Origin: Candidatus Altiarchaeota archaeon | Lineage (GTDB): Archaea > Altiarchaeota > Altiarchaeia > IMC4 > SCGC-AAA252-I15 | Assembly: GCA_043800705.1 (NCBI GenBank) | Contig: JAZDMS010000034.1 | Location: 13,831-77,830 of the forward strand | DNA length: 64,000 nucleotides | Reading direction: 5' to 3' | Part shown: positions 57,717 to 64,000 of the stretch, in pieces | Layout of the letters: each line of letters starts with the position of its first letter | Position numbering within the stretch: position 1 is the stretch's first letter | Program-made: the position numbers and the translations under genes | Notes under the pieces: model-generated | Databases searched by the model: none | What the model saw: only the letters and a program-made list of their open reading frames with translations | What the model was told of the DNA's origin: nothing

Positions 57717-58700
57717 CTATTTTAGTAGTTTGTTTAGGCTGGTCTTTTTCAGGTATGCGATTAGGAATCCGGCGGCGGTCTGGGGTAGCACTACAAGGGC
57801 GAATGTCAGTATGCCCAGGGTGAGCATAGTCTGTGCCGGCGCGCCGAGTACCGAGAAGACCAGTATGAGGCCTGCTTCCCGCGTTCCAATGCCTAGGATT
57901 GATACCGGTATCAGTTCTATGACGACGACCACCGGCATTGTAAGCAGGAAGTATAGGGGGTTGATGTGATATCCCAGGCCTTCTGTGATGAAGTACGGGC
58001 GGATGGAAAGGATTGTCCACCAGGCTATGGTCAGGATTATAATCTGGGTTAGAAGTTTCGGTTCTCTGATTTCCCGCATGGTCTCATTGAATGTGCCGTA
58101 GAGGGCTTTGCTTTGGTGCTTGTATTTCTCTGGGACGAATAAGTTGTGGGCGATGCCGAGTATGCGCTTGGTGGACGAGGTGAAGAACATCAAAGTTGTG
58201 AGTGAGGCCAGGGCGGCGAGTATGAGGGTAAGGAGCGGCAGGCTCGGTTCGGCCTTGGTGATCACGATGGCGAGGAAGAGGTAGCCGCATGAGGCCAGCA
58301 GGAATATGTAGAATAGGTCGATGAGCCGGTCTACTATCTCGATGCTAAGGGCCTTGTTGAAGTCGACTTTACCGCCCCTGATGCTGACTGCCTTTATTAT
58401 GTCGCCTACGCGGCCGGGGGTAATCGCGCCGAATGCGACACCCATCAGCATGGCCTCGAATGCCTCCCTGAGGGAGTATTTTGGCCTGTAGCGGTTTACT
58501 AGTATCTTCCACCTAAGGGAGCGAAGCAAGACTTCCAATACGACGAAAATGCTGAAGGAGATTATATATGCCGGTTTTATGCTCAACGCCAGCATCAGTG
58601 TCGATTTCGCGTCGAATTTCAGGAGCAATGCGGCGAATAGTATTAGTCCGAGGACTGATAGGTGGCGGGTGGACGGCATCCATCCCCTTTTCCCCTTCAT
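57717..58700 (-). CDS. Lysylphosphatidylglycerol synthase TM-region (flippase-like, UPF0104) protein
   Basis: RW..L, TPGRVGD, DRLID, P...GIGTRE. Confidence 0.82.
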   Translation of the reverse strand: MKGKRGWMPSTRHLSVLGLILFAALLLKFDAKSTLMLALSIKPAYIISFSIFVVLEVLLRSLRWKILVNRYRPKYSLREAFEAMLMGVAFGAITPGRVGDIIKAVSIRGGKVDFNKALSIEIVDRLIDLFYIFLLASCGYLFLAIVITKAEPSLPLLTLILAALASLTTLMFFTSSTKRILGIAHNLFVPEKYKHQSKALYGTFNETMREIREPKLLTQIIILTIAWWTILSIRPYFITEGLGYHINPLYFLLTMPVVVVIELIPVSILGIGTREAGLILVFSVLGAPAQTMLTLGILTFALVVLPQTAAGFLIAYLKKTSLNKLLK

Positions 58701-58736
58701 GGCGTCCTATCTTAGGTTTGTCCGATAAAAAAAGGT

Positions 58737-60215
58737 TCATGTTACCTTCATTATGTCCGTAACAAGTCCGAAGAGCTTCCACTCCGGGGCTAGGTGGAAG
58801 TATCTGTGCCGCCACCTGAAGCTGGCATCCCATGAGAGGATTGCGGAGCCCACTACCCATGCGAGGTTTTTTAGCCGTCCTATCTTTTGCTTCCTGAACT
58901 CGTCGCCGTAGCTTCTGAAGCGGTCCCGCAGGAATTGGAACAGGACTATCTTGGAAATCGTGAAGAGGCGGTTCCTATCCCTTGGGCTCAGCCAGGTGAG
59001 ATTGGAGGGGTGGCTGAACTTCCACGCAGCCCATTCCTCAAGTGTCTGCTTCTCCCGGTAGCCGAGTTTGATGGCTTCCTGGTAGATCGGGGTGCCGGGG
59101 TATGTCGTGAACAGATATAGGCCGTTGATTTCCACATCGTCCGATATTGCCTTTAGCCTGTCGTATACGTCCAGGGTCTGTCTGAGGTCTTCTTCCGTTT
59201 CATTCGGTATTCCGACAATGAAGCTCAGGACCGGGCGTATGCCGGCTCTGGCGCAGTTTCTGGATGCATTGATGATTTCTTCGACCGTGATGTCCTTCTT
59301 TATGTAATCTAGGAGCCTCTGGCTGCCCGATTCCGCACCGATTGCGATAAACTCGAGGCCTGCCTTTTTCAGGGTCTGCATTTCCTCGTCCGTGAATGAG
59401 GCTATGTAGTTGGCTCTGCCTTGGGTGAACCATTTGTAGCCCTTGCCGGACGCTATCAGGGCAGTGCATATCTCGAGAACCCTTTTCTTGTCTGTGAAGA
59501 AGTTGTCGTCGCATATGAAGAAGCTGTCTACGCCGTATTTTGCTGCGATGTAGTGAAGCTCGCCCAAAACCTTCTTTACGCTCTTCTTTCTCCATCTTCT
59601 CTTGTGGAAGTCGTGTACGTAGCAGAATGAGCACCTGTGGGGGCAGCCGCGGCTGGTCTCAACACAGATCATGCCAAGGCCGTCCTGGTATTTTTTCAGG
59701 TCGACAAGGTCGTATGATGGGTGGTCGAGTTCCTCCATGTCCATGAACTTCCTGTCGCCGTTTCTAGCGGTTATTCCGTCTTTTTTGTGGACGAGACCTG
59801 CAATGTCCGACACCTGCGGGCTCTTCTCGTCTTTCTCAAGAGCTCTTAGAAGCTCTAGAAATGTGATTTCGCCCTCTCCGATGACGACGTAGTCCGCCAG
59901 TGCGCTGTCGCAGGTCTGTTGGGGGTAGGTGGACGGGTGCGGGCCGCCCCATATTATGGGCGCAGTCGTTTTTTTTCTGATGTGCTTTGCGACTTTCACA
60001 GCTGATGACAGCTGTTCCCCGGTCTTTACGCTCAAACCAATTGCTAAGTATTTGGTGAAATCGAAGTTCCGGTAGTCGTCGACGCGTGTGTCCAATATCC
60101 TGGGCTTGAAGCCGTATCTGCGGATGTGGCTTGCCAGCACAATCACAGAAAACGGAGCCCTGGGCATCCTCTCAGGCGCCCCGGGAAACACCAGTAAGAC
60201 CTCTTTCCCTGTCAT
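58737..60215 (-). CDS. Cobalamin-binding radical SAM protein
   Basis: WGGPHP, GEGE, ETSRGCPHRCSFC, DDNF, GAESGS, YPGT. Start placed at ATG 60215. Confidence 0.88.
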   Translation of the reverse strand: MTGKEVLLVFPGAPERMPRAPFSVIVLASHIRRYGFKPRILDTRVDDYRNFDFTKYLAIGLSVKTGEQLSSAVKVAKHIRKKTTAPIIWGGPHPSTYPQQTCDSALADYVVIGEGEITFLELLRALEKDEKSPQVSDIAGLVHKKDGITARNGDRKFMDMEELDHPSYDLVDLKKYQDGLGMICVETSRGCPHRCSFCYVHDFHKRRWRKKSVKKVLGELHYIAAKYGVDSFFICDDNFFTDKKRVLEICTALIASGKGYKWFTQGRANYIASFTDEEMQTLKKAGLEFIAIGAESGSQRLLDYIKKDITVEEIINASRNCARAGIRPVLSFIVGIPNETEEDLRQTLDVYDRLKAISDDVEINGLYLFTTYPGTPIYQEAIKLGYREKQTLEEWAAWKFSHPSNLTWLSPRDRNRLFTISKIVLFQFLRDRFRSYGDEFRKQKIGRLKNLAWVVGSAILSWDASFRWRHRYFHLAPEWKLFGLVTDIMKVT

Positions 60216-60353
60216 TTGGGTAAAGAATAACCTCGGCGAGTATTTAAGCGCACTCCGAATGTTCTGGTTTTTTCGCGGAGGATGCGATTTCCCCACGTTT
60301 GCTGATGCCGAAAGGATGAATAATGCCAAGAGTCGGTGATGGCCTGCCAGCAG

Positions 60354-60407
60354 ATCACGAAACCGGGGGGATGTAAAAAGCCCGAAAGGCTTTATCTAGA
60401 ATCCCGC
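60354..60407. repeat. 54-bp dispersed hairpin repeat, copy 2
   Basis: 46/54 identical to 53045-53098. Confidence 0.8.
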
Positions 60408-60567
60408 ATTGTCTGGGTTTTTTTCTTTTCAGGAGTGTTGGTGGTTCGGGGTTTTAATTCTGCTGTATTCCATATTAGTGTATTTATTTTATAGTGGAAT
60501 GAGTTCGAGTCGTAGCTCTTCGGGAATCTTTTTAACTGATAGGGCGACTTTGCAGGAAGAGTCACTT

Positions 60568-62058
60568 ATGCCCTTTGAAGGACAGAGGCGGGCTTTGGGC
60601 ACCAGAATCGATATGGGGGGCCATTTTCAGGTTCGTTTGAGCATCAACCCCCAGAAGGGTGTTGGCGGGGTGGACCAGTTCTCCGACTGCCTCGAACAGT
60701 TTGAGAATGTGATAAAACGCGAAAAACTGACGCTCGGCCATGCTGTTCAGATGACGGTTTTCATACCTTCTGATAGGTATGAGGAGACAGTAAAGTCGTA
60801 TAGGAGGCGTCTTGAGGCCTTCTGCGGCGGCCCGGAGAATGCCCCGCCAGTCAGCTTCATTGGGCAGGCGCCAGTCAGGGGGAAGATGGCTGCGATGGAG
60901 GCGGTGGTTCTCGCACCGAAGGAGGGGCATACGTTGATGATAAACAGGGGGGGAATACTCACAGACGAGGGTCCTGTCGTCGGAAGACCTCTAGTTATCG
61001 GAGAGGACGATGTCAGGTCGCTGGTCGGGCATGGCACAGTCCCTGCAGGCGTAGGAGATGCCCGCTATTGCATCGCGGAAGTAGACGGAAAAAAATGGGT
61101 CTATTCCGCCGGCCTCTGCGGGAATCCTTCATCGTCATTACCTTCTGAGAAGGGCCTTGGCGCATTAGCTAAGGAGATGGCGATACTCTTAAAGGAGGGG
61201 GTATTCGACCCGTGCTCGCCGAACAACCTAGGGCTCCTGAATTCCCACCACTACGTCCACGACATCGTCGGCAACAACTACAACGATGCGTTGAATGTCC
61301 CACGCGATTTCTTGTACACCATGTTCGGTGTCAGGGTTTATCCATCTGCTACCGGCATCGGCCAGTTCAGCACCACAGGCGACATGATAGTCGAGTTCAC
61401 AGCCGCAAAAGGCGTGGAATACACGCCGGTCATTGTAAAAGAACATGGTGAAGCCTACCAGTACGCCGATACCTGGCTAAGTCAGCAGGCTGCCGGCCAG
61501 GCCATCGGCAGACAGGTCAGCGGAGGCGCGGGCGGGAAGGTCTCGCCGCCGAAGTTCTCTCGGGCGATATATTTGCCGGGGGAGAGGTTGCTGATTATTT
61601 CCGGGACCGCATCTGTGGAGAAGGGGAAGAAGCCGCCGCTTTATTCTCCGGAGGACTTCATGGGCGAGAAGGCCGAAACCGGGGTATTGGGCGTCGACAT
61701 CGACGTGACGGAGATCGAAGAGTCCGCGGGACGGCAGAACCTGATGGATCGTGGGTTGAAAATCTTTGATGGCCCTTCAAAGAGGCGCTTTTTAAGGGTG
61801 CAGACGGCTGCCGAGGCGCAGGCCATAGTCACCATCAGGAACAAGGTGAGACTCATGAATGCTGCGGGGCTGACGATCGGGGATATGGCGCAGTGCCGCG
61901 ACTACATCACACACCCCGAAGACGAGGAGCGGGTGATTTCCATTTATGAGAAAGTTTATGGGAATGTTCCGATGGTCTTCGTCCGCGGGCCAGTATGCTA
62001 CAGGAACTGGATCAATGAGTCGGAGGGGATTGCGGCGAAGAAGGTCGAACGCTTCTGA
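60568..62058 (+). CDS. FkbO/Hyg5-like (tandem Rid/YjgF-fold) protein
   Basis: YPSATGIG, AYQY, PKFSRA, ISGTASV, PVC...ESEG. Start placed at ATG 60568. Confidence 0.65.
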   Translation: MPFEGQRRALGTRIDMGGHFQVRLSINPQKGVGGVDQFSDCLEQFENVIKREKLTLGHAVQMTVFIPSDRYEETVKSYRRRLEAFCGGPENAPPVSFIGQAPVRGKMAAMEAVVLAPKEGHTLMINRGGILTDEGPVVGRPLVIGEDDVRSLVGHGTVPAGVGDARYCIAEVDGKKWVYSAGLCGNPSSSLPSEKGLGALAKEMAILLKEGVFDPCSPNNLGLLNSHHYVHDIVGNNYNDALNVPRDFLYTMFGVRVYPSATGIGQFSTTGDMIVEFTAAKGVEYTPVIVKEHGEAYQYADTWLSQQAAGQAIGRQVSGGAGGKVSPPKFSRAIYLPGERLLIISGTASVEKGKKPPLYSPEDFMGEKAETGVLGVDIDVTEIEESAGRQNLMDRGLKIFDGPSKRRFLRVQTAAEAQAIVTIRNKVRLMNAAGLTIGDMAQCRDYITHPEDEERVISIYEKVYGNVPMVFVRGPVCYRNWINESEGIAAKKVERF

Positions 62059-62063
62059 ACCCA

Positions 62064-62780
62064 TCACTTACAAGCGCAGTGGCCGGTGTCTCCTTCGCCG
62101 GCGATGAACTGGCAGGTGTATGTCCTTCCGCCCCCGACCGCGCCGCATCTGAGGTTCTCACAGTCGCCTTCGCTCCTCGCGGTCCCCGAGGCGGAGCGAC
62201 CCATGCAGGTAGTCGCGGGCGGGATCGTGTTGGTGGTCGTGCTCTGCTTCGGCATGACGAATTTGATCGTAGCCGAGGTCGTCGTCACGGAGGAGGGTGT
62301 GACGTCGGAGCTTTCGGTCTTGCGCCTGCATGTGGCGTTGTCGCAGAAGTAGCTGTCGGAGCAGGACTCATAGATTGACCGCTTCTCCTTTCCGAGACAG
62401 TATGAGCCCTCAGGGGACTGCACACACGTGTATTTCAGCTCTATGGACATGACGTTGTTGCTCGAGCAGACCTTATACGACTTCGGGGGGCAGTCCGCGT
62501 CGGAACCGCACCCCTTCAGTTCGAGGGTCGTCGTTGTGGTCGAAGAGGTGGAGGAGGTGGTCGTCGCCTTTTTCACTGTGGATGTGGTCGTACGCTGGGT
62601 GGAGGAGGTCGTCGTAAGGGTTGTGATTGTCGTTGGCGAGGTTGTGACCACCTGTACGGTGGTGGTCGTGAGGTTGGACGAATCGTTTTGCCCGGTTGCC
62701 GGCGCTCCGATGCCGGGCAGGTTTGAGCAAAGGCACCCGGATAGGATAACCGCCAGCGCCAGAAGGTATCCTGAGTTCAT
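62064..62780 (-). CDS. Putative lipoprotein with Thr-rich linkers and Cys-rich domains
   Basis: LSGCLC lipobox-like motif, Thr tracts, C.SDADC motif, C-terminal CACK. Confidence 0.7.
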   Translation of the reverse strand: MNSGYLLALAVILSGCLCSNLPGIGAPATGQNDSSNLTTTTVQVVTTSPTTITTLTTTSSTQRTTTSTVKKATTTSSTSSTTTTTLELKGCGSDADCPPKSYKVCSSNNVMSIELKYTCVQSPEGSYCLGKEKRSIYESCSDSYFCDNATCRRKTESSDVTPSSVTTTSATIKFVMPKQSTTTNTIPPATTCMGRSASGTARSEGDCENLRCGAVGGGRTYTCQFIAGEGDTGHCACK

Positions 62781-62823
62781 GGAGTAGTAGATGGAGTCTG
62801 GGTTTTATAATCCAATCGACCGC

Positions 62824-63264
62824 TCATTTGTGGTATCGTTCGCCGCCGATTATCGTGTATCCGCGGTATATCTGCTCAATCAACATGACCCTCGCAAGCT
62901 GGTGGGGGAAGGTCATCTGCGACAGGCTTAGGACACGGGCCGCTCGCCTTATGACGTCGTCGGAGAGGCCGTCCGGGCCGCCGATTATGAAGGTGACGTC
63001 GGGTTTCTTCAAAAGTTCGCTGAACTCCTCTGATGATGCTTGTTTCCCCTTGTTATCGAGGGCAACGACATAGGAGCCGGCCTTCAGCCGGCCGAGTATG
63101 AGTTTCGCCTCCTTCCTCTTTGAGACGTCCGGATTCTTGTCTGTCTGCTCCCTGAACTCGACGACTTCGAGTTTCTTGTAGCGTGTTATGCGCCTCAGGT
63201 ATTCATCTGCCGCCGCCGTATAGTGCCTCTCTTTGAGTTTGCCTATGCAGATGATGGAAAACAC
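62824..63264 (-). CDS. rlmH: 23S rRNA pseudouridine(1915) N3-methyltransferase, SPOUT family
   Basis: IGKLKE, FIIGGPDG, SLSQMTFPHQLARVML.EQIYR, YHK terminus. Confidence 0.92.
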   Translation of the reverse strand: MFSIICIGKLKERHYTAAADEYLRRITRYKKLEVVEFREQTDKNPDVSKRKEAKLILGRLKAGSYVVALDNKGKQASSEEFSELLKKPDVTFIIGGPDGLSDDVIRRAARVLSLSQMTFPHQLARVMLIEQIYRGYTIIGGERYHK

Positions 63265-63363
63265 GATAACCTATGAACCCGAAGATATTTATCTAGATGC
63301 TTCGGTATTCTTGAGGATATATTATTGGTCTTCCCGTTATCATTGAGTATACTGGCTTCCAAC

Positions 63364-63942
63364 ATGCAAAAGCTAAAATATAAGCAGCGGTGGGGGGATT
63401 TCCTTTGCGACGATGGCTTGATCAGCCTCGCCGAGATTGCGGCCGCGAAGGAAAGGGGCGAGATAAGTTTATCCGGGCTGCCGGGGGTGAAAAAGTTCGG
63501 AAAATTCATGTTTCAACCCGAAATGGTTAAGATGAGGAATGGCGGCGACCAGGATGCCTTGAAGACCCATCAGGAAGGCAGCGACAATAAACCGTACGAT
63601 TTCATCGTTACACTCAATCCAGCAAGGAGGTCCGGAATCTCGGTTTTTATAAAAAGAAATCATGCGGGGCCAAGCGCCCACGTGGGCGACGTAGTAGATG
63701 AAACACCGGAGGATATATGGAATCCGGACGGAAGCCTTCGGGGGGGATTCATTCGAGAGATAGCGAAAGAGAGAGGCGTAGTGCTGTTGGAGGATGTGAC
63801 AGTCAGGAAATTCAGCCTAAGGGGCGACACGATAACAGAGCACATCCAGACAAGACATGCTAATGGCCCGATAACGCACAAGCAACGCAGATACTATTTA
63901 GACAATGGCCGACCAGCCGATCCCCCGACACAGCGCGATTGA
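63364..63942 (+). CDS. Hypothetical protein (~192 aa)
   Basis: Open frame divergent from rlmH; start placed at ATG 63364. No recognised motif. Confidence 0.5.
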   Translation: MQKLKYKQRWGDFLCDDGLISLAEIAAAKERGEISLSGLPGVKKFGKFMFQPEMVKMRNGGDQDALKTHQEGSDNKPYDFIVTLNPARRSGISVFIKRNHAGPSAHVGDVVDETPEDIWNPDGSLRGGFIREIAKERGVVLLEDVTVRKFSLRGDTITEHIQTRHANGPITHKQRRYYLDNGRPADPPTQRD

Positions 63943-64000
63943 AACCAACGGGGGATGCAATAATGCCACATATGAAACACACAAGTTTTTATGCTTAGCG

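Overview
A GC-rich archaeal chromosomal window. Archaeal markers include CDC48/VAT, archaeal-type TrpRS, SRP54, a presenilin-type GxGD protease, AglB/STT3, and TATA-like AT-rich motifs upstream of genes. An Altiarchaeota/DPANN-like lineage is my inference only. Contents: (i) a ~15 kb surface-glycosylation cluster with GT2 and GT-C membrane proteins, methyltransferases, a radical SAM enzyme, a deacetylase and four copies of an uncharacterised Cys/AHP domain; (ii) an AT-rich island with a PRTase-like gene and a winged-helix gene; (iii) a bacterial-type tetrahydrofolate/purine C1 set (purN, folC, fhs, purH, folD, frameshifted glyA) interleaved with a GH57 and two very divergent PfkA-family paralogs; (iv) two tRNA-Arg genes flanking GIDE-lemA-aglB; (v) a bacterial-type rlmH. 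The most unusual signal is non-coding. Each tRNA-Arg gene is preceded by a copy of a tRNA-Arg 5' half whose D-loop carries an array of 2 or 4 hairpins (8-9 bp stems, 3-nt loops). The array is conserved between the two loci with one compensatory base-pair change. Other non-coding candidates are two fold-back heptamer arrays each followed by a structured element (one hammerhead-like) and a 54-bp hairpin present twice. All calls come from motif reading; no searches were run.
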